Shown here: positions 26,228 through 35,371 of the stretch, in pieces | How positions within the stretch are numbered: position 1 is the stretch's first letter | Layout of the letters: every line of letters starts with the position of its first letter | DNA from: a virus | Lineage: Duplodnaviria; Caudoviricetes | Length of the DNA: 37,517 nucleotides | Reading direction: 5' to 3' (one strand) | Virus record (IMG/VR): IMGVR_UViG_3300005573_000178 | Coordinates: 1-37,517 of that record | Translations under genes and position numbers: made by a program | Notes under the pieces: generated by a model | Told to the model about the DNA's origin: nothing | Database searches by the model: none | Seen by the model: the letters and a program-made list of their open reading frames with translations, nothing else

Positions 26228-26416
26228 ATGTTAGGCAGACCAAAAGGGAAAACATATTCCCGCCTGATGCATTTTTACATAAGCGATGATGAATTTAATA
26301 CATTGAAAGAATATGCAAATAAAAATGCAATCTCAATGAGTCAAGCAATACGAAATCTTATTAAAAAATTAAAACAGGAGGTGCAGTATGAAGGAAATAA
26401 CCAAGAAAGAAGTTGA
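26228..26416 (+). CDS. Ribbon-helix-helix (CopG-like) regulator
   Basis: GRPK, strand MHFYIS, helices DEFNTLKEYA and SMSQAIRNLI. Confidence 0.75.
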   Translation: MLGRPKGKTYSRLMHFYISDDEFNTLKEYANKNAISMSQAIRNLIKKLKQEVQYEGNNQERS

Positions 26417-27386
26417 ACAATTACCATTACAAGTTGAAGAAACAAAGCCAGAGAAAGCAGAAACAAAAGAAAATTTGATTGAATTAGCAATTAAAGAAAA
26501 GGTAGATGTGGGCGTTTTGGAACGCCTTTTGGCTATGCAAGAAAAAGTGAAATCTGAACGGGCAAAAGAAGAATATTTTTTATCAATGAAAAACTTGCAA
26601 GCCGAGATGCCAGATATAAAAAGAGATGCTATTATTAAAAACAAAAATGGCGGAATTAGATATAAATATGCCACGCTTGATACTATAATCTCCCAAACCA
26701 AAGGGCTTATTGCGAAGTGGGGTTTTTCATATCAATTCGCAATTGAGCATAAAGAAAAGTCAATTGTTGTTTCTTGCATAGTAAACCATATAGCAGGGCA
26801 TACCGAAAAAACTTCCGTAGAGATACCATTTTATAATGATGAGTATAACAGTATGAATAATATACAGGAAATAGGGGCGACAATTACTTATGGGAAACGC
26901 TATGCGTTTTGCAATGCATTCGGCATAGCATTAGAAGGTGAAGACACAGATGCAAATATAAATAGGGATGAGAATAATTTAGATAAAAAGGCAGAATTGT
27001 TTAATTCTATTATAAAAACAGATGCTGGGAAAATTGCAATTGAAAATTTAAAGAAAGAAAAAGGGTATAAGTTGGTTAAGGATATGCCTATTGAGGAATT
27101 AGAAAAAATAAGCAAAACAATAAACAGCGACCAAAAGCAAGAAACAAGAACGGAATTACCAAAGCCCACAGAAAAAGCAAAATGCACGGCGAAATTGGTT
27201 GAATTATACGAATTAAAAAAAAGAATCACGAAAAAACTGGAATATGAATATTTTTTAAGGTATGTTATGAATGAAAATGGTTTACAGGCGAAAAAATATG
27301 ATGCATTAACAGATGAAGAATACAAATCAATTATATCTTGGTGTGAAGATGAAATAAGAAAGGAGATAGAAAATGAAAAAAGATAA
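26388..27386 (+). CDS. erf: ERF-family single-strand annealing protein
   Basis: YKYATLD, HIAGH and QEIGATITYGKRYAFCNAFGI..EDTDA. Confidence 0.9.
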   Translation: MKEITKKEVEQLPLQVEETKPEKAETKENLIELAIKEKVDVGVLERLLAMQEKVKSERAKEEYFLSMKNLQAEMPDIKRDAIIKNKNGGIRYKYATLDTIISQTKGLIAKWGFSYQFAIEHKEKSIVVSCIVNHIAGHTEKTSVEIPFYNDEYNSMNNIQEIGATITYGKRYAFCNAFGIALEGEDTDANINRDENNLDKKAELFNSIIKTDAGKIAIENLKKEKGYKLVKDMPIEELEKISKTINSDQKQETRTELPKPTEKAKCTAKLVELYELKKRITKKLEYEYFLRYVMNENGLQAKKYDALTDEEYKSIISWCEDEIRKEIENEKR

Positions 27387-27615
27387 ATTTGAAGATGATA
27401 TTATGGATGAATTTTATGATTTAACAAATGAATTTGATATTATTTTTTCACGCAGGATAAGAGAAAATCCGCTGATATTAACTCATTTTTTTGGACACAT
27501 TTTAAATATTTTTGTAGTTATCGGCTTGCTATCAGAAGAAGGCAGTAAAAACATAAAAAAATTATTGGCGGCTGAATTAAAAAAAGGAATTGATTCGCAA
27601 TTTAAAAAAAATTGA
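27373..27615 (+). CDS. Hypothetical protein
   Basis: 80 aa, overlapping erf, AAGGAG RBS. Confidence 0.6.
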   Translation: MKKDKFEDDIMDEFYDLTNEFDIIFSRRIRENPLILTHFFGHILNIFVVIGLLSEEGSKNIKKLLAAELKKGIDSQFKKN

Positions 27616-27625
27616 GAGGTGAAAT

Positions 27626-28672
27626 ATGAGAACGACAAAAACACAACAGAAGAATACATACAGTTATTCAAAACTAATAGATTTTTTAAATTGTCCCAGA
27701 AAATATAAACATATTTATTTAGAAGGCGGGCAAGGGGCAGTCCCAAATGCAAATTTAGAATACGGGCGGAAAATACACGAAAAGGCAGAATTGTTATGCA
27801 AGGCAAAAGACCCAGATGAAGTTAAAAAAATACTTGCCGATATGCCAGATGAGTTTGAACGTGGGCTTGCCTATGCAGAATATTTTGCAGATAAGAAAGT
27901 TGTATTAGCCGAAACACCGATTTATATAAAAATCGGGAAATATAAAATTGAAATGCATATAGACAACGCCCACATCACACAGGATGGAACATTGCGAATT
28001 CTTGATATTAAAACTGGGAAAATCTATATAGATGAAGAAATTCTTGAAAAAAATATTCAATTGCTTATTTATACTTGGGGAGTTTTGAAATGGATACAAG
28101 AACAAAATATCCCTGTATTTAATATAGAATATGGCATTTGGTTTTGGCAAAAACATTATCATAAGTTTATTGAAATTGACTATGCGAATACAGATGCCAT
28201 AGAACAGTTTATTTTAAATACAATAAAAAGTATTGAGAAGGAAAAAGAATTTAAACCAAAAGAAAATGAATATTGTTATTCTTGCCCACTTTTTAAATCT
28301 TGCTATCCAGAAACAATTCCTGACACACTGCAAGAAATAAGAAATAAAGTAAAGTTTTGGACAGAAAAACTGGAAAAGAAAAGAGAAGAATTACTTAACG
28401 AGTTTTTAACAAATAAAATAGACAAAAAATATAGCGAAAAAGATATGGGCTATTATTTGCTGGTTGAAAAAGAACGCAACGAATATGATATTGACAAATT
28501 TCTGGAAAAGGTAAACAATGATATTGATATAATTAAAAATTTTATATCAATAACAAAAACGAAGTTAAAAGAATATAACGTTGAATTAGAACCAGCAATA
28601 ACAAAAACGCAATTGGAAATTAAATTTGAAAAAACAATAAAAGGAAAGGAGAACAACGATGAACAAAAATAA
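27626..28672 (+). CDS. PD-(D/E)XK exonuclease (RecB/AddB/Cas4-like, probable Fe-S cysteines)
   Basis: SYSKL..FLNCPRKY, ID...ILDIKTG, QLLIY and CYSCPLFKSC; next to erf. Confidence 0.88.
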   Translation: MRTTKTQQKNTYSYSKLIDFLNCPRKYKHIYLEGGQGAVPNANLEYGRKIHEKAELLCKAKDPDEVKKILADMPDEFERGLAYAEYFADKKVVLAETPIYIKIGKYKIEMHIDNAHITQDGTLRILDIKTGKIYIDEEILEKNIQLLIYTWGVLKWIQEQNIPVFNIEYGIWFWQKHYHKFIEIDYANTDAIEQFILNTIKSIEKEKEFKPKENEYCYSCPLFKSCYPETIPDTLQEIRNKVKFWTEKLEKKREELLNEFLTNKIDKKYSEKDMGYYLLVEKERNEYDIDKFLEKVNNDIDIIKNFISITKTKLKEYNVELEPAITKTQLEIKFEKTIKGKENNDEQK

Positions 28673-28856
28673 ATTTGAAATTGAAGATGATTTAAAAGAA
28701 AGAATTGCAGAAGCAGTAAATTATTTGATTATTAAAAACAAGAATTTTGAAATCCCAGAAGGGGCAGATGTGTTATATGATAAAGCCGAAAGGAAATATT
28801 ATGATTTAAAAACTGGGCAATTGGTTAAAAAGGGGCAAAAAGGAATTTATAGATAA
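28659..28856 (+). CDS. Hypothetical protein
   Basis: 65 aa, AAGGAG RBS. Confidence 0.6.
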   Translation: MNKNKFEIEDDLKERIAEAVNYLIIKNKNFEIPEGADVLYDKAERKYYDLKTGQLVKKGQKGIYR

Positions 28857-28857
28857 A

Positions 28858-29022
28858 TTGTTATTAGGATTTGGGTGGGTTTCGTTTGATGTCATAAAAT
28901 TTGATGAATATATGCAAACAAAATTTGGATATGATATAAGGAAAGATGGCAGTTTAATGAATTTTATAGAAAAAAAGTTTGGAAAAGATGCGGTTGAGTT
29001 GATAAAAAGATATTTAAAATAG
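28858..29022 (+). CDS. Possible small or truncated protein (TTG start)
   Basis: Open frame LLGFGWVSFDVIKFDEYM...AVELIKRYLK fills the gap; weak start signals. Confidence 0.4.
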   Translation: MLLGFGWVSFDVIKFDEYMQTKFGYDIRKDGSLMNFIEKKFGKDAVELIKRYLK

Positions 29023-29032
29023 GAGGCGTAAA

Positions 29033-29131
29033 ATGATTTTTATTTTATTTGATTTTTCATTGAGTCAGTTTGAAAAAACTTTAAAAATAGTTTTTGATGC
29101 AAAAGGAATAAAATATGATTATAAGGAGTAG
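29033..29131 (+). CDS. 32-aa small protein
   Basis: AGGAGG at 29021, then MIFILFDFSLSQFEKTLKIVFDAKGIKYDYKE. Confidence 0.55.
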   Translation: MIFILFDFSLSQFEKTLKIVFDAKGIKYDYKE

Positions 29132-29135
29132 GAAA

Positions 29136-29363
29136 ATGGATAATAAAATAATTAAAGAATTATCAAAAATAAAAACAAAGAGAAATAAAAGATATGGGAA
29201 TGAGTTGTTAAAGGATGAGTTATATATTAAAAGCGGTATGTATATAAAAGCGAAAAGATTGCAAAACGAAATAAAAAATAATAGCATAAATAAAGATACA
29301 GTTTACGACCTTATGAATTATCTTATATTCTGGTTGGAGGGGAAATATGATAATAAATGGTGA
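29136..29363 (+). CDS. Hypothetical protein (start revised to 29136)
   Basis: AAGGAG RBS before ATG 29136. Confidence 0.55.
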   Translation: MDNKIIKELSKIKTKRNKRYGNELLKDELYIKSGMYIKAKRLQNEIKNNSINKDTVYDLMNYLIFWLEGKYDNKW

Positions 29364-30519
29364 TAGCAAAATAGAGTTAAAAAAGATTGCAGACAATTCA
29401 ATTGATTGCATTATAACAGACCCACCTTATGGTTTGGGTTTTATGGGCAAAGATTGGGATAAAACCTTGCCAGATAAAGAAATTTTTTCGGAATGTTTGC
29501 GTGTTTTAAAGGCAGGGGGATTTGCTTGCATTATGTCAGCCCCACGCACAGACCTTTATTGGCGTATGTGCCAAATGCTTGAAATAGTTGGTTTCCGAGT
29601 TGACTTTACACCGATTATCTGGGCTTTTGCAACTGGCTTCCCGAAAGCATTAAATATAGGGAAATTAAATAAAAAATTTGAAGGGGCATATGGTGGTTTT
29701 CAGCCGAAACCAGCGGTTGAAATGATTATAGTTGCAATGAAACCGATGACCGAAAAAACTTTTTTAGCCCAAGCAATGGAAAACAATAAAGGGATAAGTT
29801 GGCTTGATGATTGCAGAATACCATACGGCGAAAATGAAGAACCGTATGAGCAAAAAATTAGAGGTAAAGAATTTACAACTTTTAAAGAATTAAATTATGG
29901 CTTTAAAAAAGATGGCGTTATTGGTTTAAACAACGAAGAAGGTAGGTTCCCAGCAAATCTTTTAGTTAGTGATAATAGTATTGACACAGGGAAAATAACA
30001 AAAAGCGAAGGGGGAAAAACCACAAGGGATACAGCACATTTTAATAACTCAACATTCAAAATGCAAGGGTATGGGGATGAAGGAGATTTCAGCCGTTATT
30101 TTGATTTAGATAAATGGTTTGAGGTGCAATTTATAATAACCCCCAAAGCAAGCCGAACAGAAAAAGAGAAAGGGCTGGATGAATTTAATTATAAAAAAGG
30201 CGGGTCTATGAATATGGATTATACTGGACACGGGAATTTAAGAAATAAAATGTATAAAAATAATCATCCAACAGTAAAACCAATTAAATTATTTTCTTAT
30301 TTAATAACAATGTTTACAAGAAAAGGCGATATTGTTTTAGACCCGTTTATGGGAAGCGGGACAACTGGCTGTGCGTGTGCTATAACAGATAGAGAATTTA
30401 TAGGTATTGAATTAAACAAAGATTATTTTAATATTGCAAAAGCAAGAATAGATTATTATAAAAAAGAGAATGAAAATTTATTTACTGGAATGAAAGGAGG
30501 TGAAAAAAATGCAAAATAA
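29347..30519 (+). CDS. DNA amino-methyltransferase (N6-adenine / N4-cytosine, beta class)
   Basis: TDPPY near the N-terminus; HPTVKP and VLDPFMGSGTTG near the C-terminus. Confidence 0.93.
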   Translation: MIINGDSKIELKKIADNSIDCIITDPPYGLGFMGKDWDKTLPDKEIFSECLRVLKAGGFACIMSAPRTDLYWRMCQMLEIVGFRVDFTPIIWAFATGFPKALNIGKLNKKFEGAYGGFQPKPAVEMIIVAMKPMTEKTFLAQAMENNKGISWLDDCRIPYGENEEPYEQKIRGKEFTTFKELNYGFKKDGVIGLNNEEGRFPANLLVSDNSIDTGKITKSEGGKTTRDTAHFNNSTFKMQGYGDEGDFSRYFDLDKWFEVQFIITPKASRTEKEKGLDEFNYKKGGSMNMDYTGHGNLRNKMYKNNHPTVKPIKLFSYLITMFTRKGDIVLDPFMGSGTTGCACAITDREFIGIELNKDYFNIAKARIDYYKKENENLFTGMKGGEKNAK

Positions 30520-30694
30520 TAAAGATTGCCGAGTAATTGGGCTTGTTTTCAAAGGCGAAGAAGAATTGATCGTTTACAATGAAATTAAAAAGATAAAAGA
30601 AAAATACGGGTATCCATTGCAAGTGATTGTAAAAAGTATTTTAAAAAACTATTTTAAAGGGGCGGAGGTGAAATTTGATGAAAAAAAGATATAG
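30509..30694 (+). CDS. Small RHH-like protein
   Basis: AGGAGGTG RBS before ATG 30509; strand-helix-helix pattern (RVIGLVF / YNEIKKIKEKYG / LQVIVKSIL). Confidence 0.5.
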   Translation: MQNNKDCRVIGLVFKGEEELIVYNEIKKIKEKYGYPLQVIVKSILKNYFKGAEVKFDEKKI

Positions 30695-30851
30695 ATTTGC
30701 TGGTATAAGTTTCCATAAATGGCAAAGCGAATATATAAAAAAAATAAAATATCACGCTAAAAAACTTGGAATAACAAGCACCGACTTCATACGCAATTCC
30801 GCAATTTTTGTTATAAAACTTTTAGAGAAAGGAGAAAAAAATGGAAATTAA
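30678..30851 (+). CDS. 57-aa RHH-like protein (absent from the ORF track)
   Basis: GGAGGTG RBS; MKKRYRFAGISFHKWQSEYIKKIKYHAKKLGITSTDFIRNSAIFVIKLLEKGEKNGN. Confidence 0.6.
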   Translation: MKKRYRFAGISFHKWQSEYIKKIKYHAKKLGITSTDFIRNSAIFVIKLLEKGEKNGN

Positions 30852-31116
30852 AAAAATTCTTGGCGATAAAATTTTAATTGAATACATTGACACAGATGAA
30901 AATTATAGAATAAATAAAGGGAAAATAATTGGTATATCAAAATATTCTTTCCCGATAGTAAGAGCAAAAGTTTTGATGGTTGGTTCTTATGTCACAGAAG
31001 TAAAAAAAGATGATATTATTTTTGTCCATAAATATTCTGGGAAAGCAATAAACCCAGAATTAACCCTTGCGATTATAAGGGAAGCCGATGTTGTTGCAGT
31101 GGAGGTGAAAATATGA
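30841..31116 (+). CDS. groES: Co-chaperonin GroES/Cpn10-like protein
   Basis: LGDKILIE, AKVLMVG, VKKDDIIF..KYSG and IIREADVVAV. Confidence 0.8.
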   Translation: MEIKKILGDKILIEYIDTDENYRINKGKIIGISKYSFPIVRAKVLMVGSYVTEVKKDDIIFVHKYSGKAINPELTLAIIREADVVAVEVKI

Positions 31117-31355
31117 ACTATGTTTTAAACCTATTGAAAGATGATTTAAAAAAGAAAATGAATTATAAACAGGAATTGATAAAAGAAGGGAAAGAAGATA
31201 TTGATATTGCTTTTGTGGAAGCCCAAATAAAAGAATTGATGAGTGCTATTCAATATCTGATTTACAAGCAAAAGAAAGATTATCAGGAAAAGTATTATGC
31301 TAAAAAAGGAATAAAGAATATCAAAAATTACGGGAGGATAAAAAATTATGATTAA
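31113..31355 (+). CDS. Hypothetical coiled-coil protein
   Basis: 80 aa, ATGA coupling, GGAGGTG RBS. Confidence 0.6.
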   Translation: MNYVLNLLKDDLKKKMNYKQELIKEGKEDIDIAFVEAQIKELMSAIQYLIYKQKKDYQEKYYAKKGIKNIKNYGRIKNYD

Positions 31356-31719
31356 AAATATACTTAATGTTCTTAAATTAGAATTAAAAGGGAAGGAGGT
31401 TATGAGTGGAAACAAGGCATTAAACAAAAACAAAGATATAGTTTTGGAACTATTAAAAAATCAGGCAAATATGTCAAATTGCCCTGATATCCCAATAGAT
31501 GGCAAAAGAATTAAGTCAATACATCTAATTTTTTATTTTAAAAAAGGTGGAAAGGGGCATACGATAAATATCGGCAAAAAAACAGATATTTTAGGGTTTT
31601 TGTGGCAAGCAAATATAATTATTTATAGAAGAATAATGTGGCGATTTTATGTAAAAGTTACTTATAGTTTTTTATATATTAAAGAACCAAAACTGAAAAT
31701 TTTAATATATTACAAATGA
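31348..31719 (+). CDS. Hypothetical protein
   Basis: 123 aa; an internal start near 31402 (GGAGG) is also possible. Confidence 0.5.
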   Translation: MIKNILNVLKLELKGKEVMSGNKALNKNKDIVLELLKNQANMSNCPDIPIDGKRIKSIHLIFYFKKGGKGHTINIGKKTDILGFLWQANIIIYRRIMWRFYVKVTYSFLYIKEPKLKILIYYK

Positions 31720-31964
31720 TTATTTACGAAACAAAAAAAGCAGTTTATTATTTTAAAGGGTTTGATAAAATGATTTTGTATAAAAAGAAAAGAGTTATAT
31801 TGCTTTTTGAACATTTATTTTTTCCGATGATTAGTAAATATGATAACAGAGTTGTTATATACGGTTATAAAAACGCATATACAATAAAGACAGCCAACCC
31901 TGATTTTGTATATAAGTTGTTAAATTTAAGTATGCATAGGTTAATAAATATATATTATAATTAA
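31716..31964 (+). CDS. Hypothetical protein
   Basis: 82 aa, ATGA coupling. Confidence 0.45.
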   Translation: MIIYETKKAVYYFKGFDKMILYKKKRVILLFEHLFFPMISKYDNRVVIYGYKNAYTIKTANPDFVYKLLNLSMHRLINIYYN

Positions 31965-31976
31965 AAGGAGGAAAAA

Positions 31977-32738
31977 ATGTATTGGTTTAAACATTACACC
32001 GACTCACTTGATGATGGTTTTATCATAGATTTAATCACAAATTTTTCTGGCGATGGTTATATGGTTTATTTTGGGCTATTGGAAATAATTGCAAGGGAAA
32101 GCGATACGCTAACTGAACCAGTGAAAATAAGTTATAATGCTTTATCTAAAAAATTCCAACTTGATGTTGCAAAACTAAAAAAGATATTTGAATTTATTGC
32201 AAATTATAAAAAGATTATAATAAATCAAAATGGCGAATTTGTTGAACTTTTATGCCCAAAAATGTTAGAACTTGCCGATGTTTATACAAAGAGGAAAATA
32301 AGATGGGAAAAGAAAGAGGAACCAAAACAACAGAATATAAAGCAACCAGAAAAAAAAGAAAAAAACAATTTAATGCCAGAGATAAACAATATTGTAAATG
32401 CTTGGAATGAATTTGCAAACAAGCATAAACTGGCAACAATACAAAAAATAACACCAACCAGAATAAGACACTTAAAAGCAAGATTGCAAGAAAAAGAATT
32501 TGATATTAACAAAATACTTTACAAAATATCTAACAGCAAATTTTTACTTGGTTTAAAAAATGATTGGCAAGTATCTTTTGACTTCATCATAACCCCTTCT
32601 TATATAAAAATTTTAGAAGGGAAATATGATGATAAAAAAGAAAAAGAAGAATATATTGAAGAAGAAAGCAGAGGAACCGTAAATGAAATAGGAACAATTG
32701 AAAGCATTGATGAGATAATGAGAAAATATAATTCATAA
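31977..32738 (+). CDS. Phage replication initiator (DUF4373 / replisome-organiser-like)
   Basis: MYWFKH..., GYMVYFGLLEIIA N-domain; C-domain IVNAWN...RIRHLKARL...FLLG...WQVSFDFII...KILEGKYDD. Confidence 0.8.
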   Translation: MYWFKHYTDSLDDGFIIDLITNFSGDGYMVYFGLLEIIARESDTLTEPVKISYNALSKKFQLDVAKLKKIFEFIANYKKIIINQNGEFVELLCPKMLELADVYTKRKIRWEKKEEPKQQNIKQPEKKEKNNLMPEINNIVNAWNEFANKHKLATIQKITPTRIRHLKARLQEKEFDINKILYKISNSKFLLGLKNDWQVSFDFIITPSYIKILEGKYDDKKEKEEYIEEESRGTVNEIGTIESIDEIMRKYNS

Positions 32739-32752
32739 AAGGAGGTTGAAAA

Positions 32753-33088
32753 ATGAAATATGGTTATATTTGTGCCCCTTACAGGGCGACTTGCGAAGCA
32801 GAAAAAGAACGCAACATCAAACGTGTCCAGCAATTTGCCAAAGAATTATATAAAAAAGGAATAGTGCCTATATTTACTCACGGCACATATGAGTGGCTTC
32901 CAGAAACAGAGGAAAACAGAAATAAAATTTTAAATTTATGCTTTAAACTTATTGATATTTGTGATATAATATATGTATTAAGAAAAGACAATGGAAAAGG
33001 CAAAGTTTTATCTGAAATAGCAACATCAGGAATGATACAGGAGATTATGTATGCAAAAAGCAAAAAGAAAAAAATTATATATATATAA
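32753..33088 (+). CDS. Nucleoside 2-deoxyribosyltransferase-like / DUF4406-like protein
   Basis: YICAPYR, GIVPIFTH, CDIIYV and SGMIQEI.YA. Confidence 0.75.
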   Translation: MKYGYICAPYRATCEAEKERNIKRVQQFAKELYKKGIVPIFTHGTYEWLPETEENRNKILNLCFKLIDICDIIYVLRKDNGKGKVLSEIATSGMIQEIMYAKSKKKKIIYI

Positions 33089-33165
33089 TGCCATTGCTGG
33101 GTTTAACCCCTCTGATACACACCCTTTTCAACCAGAAAGTCCTTCCTATTTTCCCAGCAATGGCA
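33089..33165. other. 13-bp inverted repeat with a 51-nt loop
   Basis: TGCCATTGCTGGG (33089-33101) pairs with CCCAGCAATGGCA (33153-33165). Confidence 0.75.
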
Positions 33166-33187
33166 AAATTAAAAAGGAGGTTATAAA

Positions 33188-33508
33188 ATGAAAGAAATTT
33201 TGTTAAATATATTGAGAGATTTTAAAACAAAGCAAGAAATACTTGACATTTTATATAAAGAATATAATATAGATATTGATGAAAGAGCATTGCGTGGTAT
33301 AATAAGAGATATGGTTATGGCAGGTTATCCTATAATAAGTGAATGCAGAAGCAAGATAAGAGGTTATAAATTGGAAATGGATATAAATAAATTAAAAGAA
33401 GCGGAAGCAAAGTTAAGACATAGAGGAATTGCTATTTTGCAGAGAGCAGAAAAATTGAAAGAATATAGAGAAAGATATCTTATGAAAGGGCAGTTAACTT
33501 TAATATGA
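33188..33508 (+). CDS. Winged-HTH-like DNA-binding protein
   Basis: IDERALRGIIRDM...GYPIIS...GYKL followed by a long helix. Confidence 0.65.
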   Translation: MKEILLNILRDFKTKQEILDILYKEYNIDIDERALRGIIRDMVMAGYPIISECRSKIRGYKLEMDINKLKEAEAKLRHRGIAILQRAEKLKEYRERYLMKGQLTLI

Positions 33509-33657
33509 AAACTTGGTTGGCGATAGCCCTCTTTAATTTAACTACAACTTATATAATAAGTATACCTCCACAAAAAGCACCTCCTGATAAAGACCTATCG
33601 CCAACCAATATAAAATATAATCTGAAACGTTTAAGCGAGGGCATAAATGAATTTTAA
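33505..33657 (+). CDS. Possible 50-aa protein
   Basis: ATGA-coupled to the previous gene and overlaps rusA; hydrophobic N-terminus. Confidence 0.4.
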   Translation: MKTWLAIALFNLTTTYIISIPPQKAPPDKDLSPTNIKYNLKRLSEGINEF

Positions 33658-34012
33658 AATATCGGTAAATATAAAACCAGTATCTCTTAATGTAATATTG
33701 CGTATGCATTGGAAAACACGGTCTGATATGCAACAGATTTATGATTTATATATTATGAAAGAAAAGAATGAATTGCCAAAAGAGATAAAGCAATTGTTCC
33801 CATTAAAAAAAGTAAATTTTGTAAAAATTATTTATTATTTTAAAGATAAAAAGCATAGAGATTATGATAATTATTCAGGCAAATTCATATTTGATGCATT
33901 AAAACATAATGAAATAATCATAGATGATAATTGCAATATTATTCAATCTGTGCAATATCAAATTATATTAGGGGCAAAAGACGATTATTTTGATATAATA
34001 ATTGATTTTTAA
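33647..34012 (+). CDS. rusA: RusA-like Holliday junction resolvase
   Basis: SLN...HWK and RDYDNY..KFIFDAL...IIIDDN. Confidence 0.85.
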   Translation: MNFKISVNIKPVSLNVILRMHWKTRSDMQQIYDLYIMKEKNELPKEIKQLFPLKKVNFVKIIYYFKDKKHRDYDNYSGKFIFDALKHNEIIIDDNCNIIQSVQYQIILGAKDDYFDIIIDF

Positions 34013-34665
34013 GCCCCAATTACAATTTCTTCTTTATCCCAAACATTTTCTTGGGCATATAATTGGGCTGGCGGTCTTGTTTCATAAAGCCCATATTTAC
34101 TTGTGCCATCTCTATCAGGTATTCTTTTGCCGCCGGGGATGGCATTCCCTATACGCCCAGCACTCTCAACGCAAAACAATTTATCTTTATCCTGAATAGA
34201 TGGCAAATTCCATATAAATTGATTTATAAAAAACCCAACAATTGGTATTTTTGTTAGCAATGCTTTATATGTCATCCCTCTTATTCCTTTCCAATCATAT
34301 TCTATTTTATTATTTAATTGCTTCATTGTTTCATCCAGCATATACATTTTATCTGTATCTAATAATCCTTTCAATCTTTTTATATGCAATTCATACTTTT
34401 CCCAATTTGTCAAATATTTCTTTACTTTTTCAATAACAACCGCTTTCCCATTTGCACAAATAACCATATTCTTTTCCCCGTGCATATCAGGGATTTTAAC
34501 TTCAACGTGGCAAAACTCCCCTGTTCCAGTTTGAGTTAAAACGCTCCCAATAAACTTCCATATTTCCCACCATCTTATTTTTTCTTGTTTTACTTTTACA
34601 AAAATATAACTCCATTCTGGGATGTTTTCTAATGCTTCTTCAAATTCCTGTTTTGTCATTGACAA
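34009..34665 (-). CDS. Permuted papain-like NlpC/P60 (YiiX/YebB-like) enzyme
   Basis: His before Cys: FCHVEV ... YDWKG ... LFCVE. Confidence 0.7.
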   Translation of the reverse strand: MSMTKQEFEEALENIPEWSYIFVKVKQEKIRWWEIWKFIGSVLTQTGTGEFCHVEVKIPDMHGEKNMVICANGKAVVIEKVKKYLTNWEKYELHIKRLKGLLDTDKMYMLDETMKQLNNKIEYDWKGIRGMTYKALLTKIPIVGFFINQFIWNLPSIQDKDKLFCVESAGRIGNAIPGGKRIPDRDGTSKYGLYETRPPAQLYAQENVWDKEEIVIGA

Positions 34666-34895
34666 TCACACTCCTTTACTATTTCATCTTCATATAATAG
34701 TATCTTCTGTTTTGTTAAATATATCTCTACCAAATAAATTTTTTCCCCTTTTTTGTTAGTATAAATATCTACAATTTTAGAAGTTTCATTCGTATAGGCA
34801 AGAGGTCTGCGACTACTTAAAACCCATACTCTATCACCTATTTCATAACAGCATAACAACAAAAAAAATAATAAAAATTTTTTAAAGTTTTTCAC
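34656..34895 (-). CDS. Small exported or membrane protein
   Basis: MKNFKKFLLFFLLLCC followed by a small beta domain. Confidence 0.5.
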   Translation of the reverse strand: MKNFKKFLLFFLLLCCYEIGDRVWVLSSRRPLAYTNETSKIVDIYTNKKGEKIYLVEIYLTKQKILLYEDEIVKECDCQ

Positions 34896-35364
34896 GATTT
34901 CTCCTTTCCAACATATTTTTAAATTTCAAAATTCTAACATAATATTTTTTATTATGTCTTTTCCCTGTTTTCCAATGAGAGCAAATTTTATAATAATCCC
35001 CATCATATGTCTTTTTTAATATTTTAAAAAATCTAATTCCTAATTCTATATTATTTTCGGGTTTTTCCAGCCATATTCTATTTTTTACTCCAAATTCATT
35101 TTTTGCCGTATAGTATAATATCTGAAAAACCCCGTATGAAAATTCATTATATTTTTTTTCACAGGTTATTAAGTTCTTAAAATTGCTTTCATCTTTTATA
35201 AGAGCAAGCAAAAAGTTTTGGTCTTTATAATCTATATTATATTTTTCAAATTTAGCATATAAAATCTGTAAAATTTTACCAAATTCAGAATTTGGGGCTT
35301 GGCATAATTTATAATTAAATAAAATAAAAAACATAATAAGCCCAGCCCAAATAATTTTACGCAT
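34882..35364 (-). CDS. Lytic transglycosylase (SLT-like) with N-terminal signal or anchor
   Basis: ALIKDESNF, SYGVFQI and PENNIELG. Confidence 0.85.
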   Translation of the reverse strand: MRKIIWAGLIMFFILFNYKLCQAPNSEFGKILQILYAKFEKYNIDYKDQNFLLALIKDESNFKNLITCEKKYNEFSYGVFQILYYTAKNEFGVKNRIWLEKPENNIELGIRFFKILKKTYDGDYYKICSHWKTGKRHNKKYYVRILKFKNMLERRNREKL

Positions 35365-35371
35365 ATCATCC

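Noticed and set aside
27626-28672. cas4 of a CRISPR system
   Set aside because: No cas1, cas2 or array; adjacency to erf fits a phage recombination exonuclease
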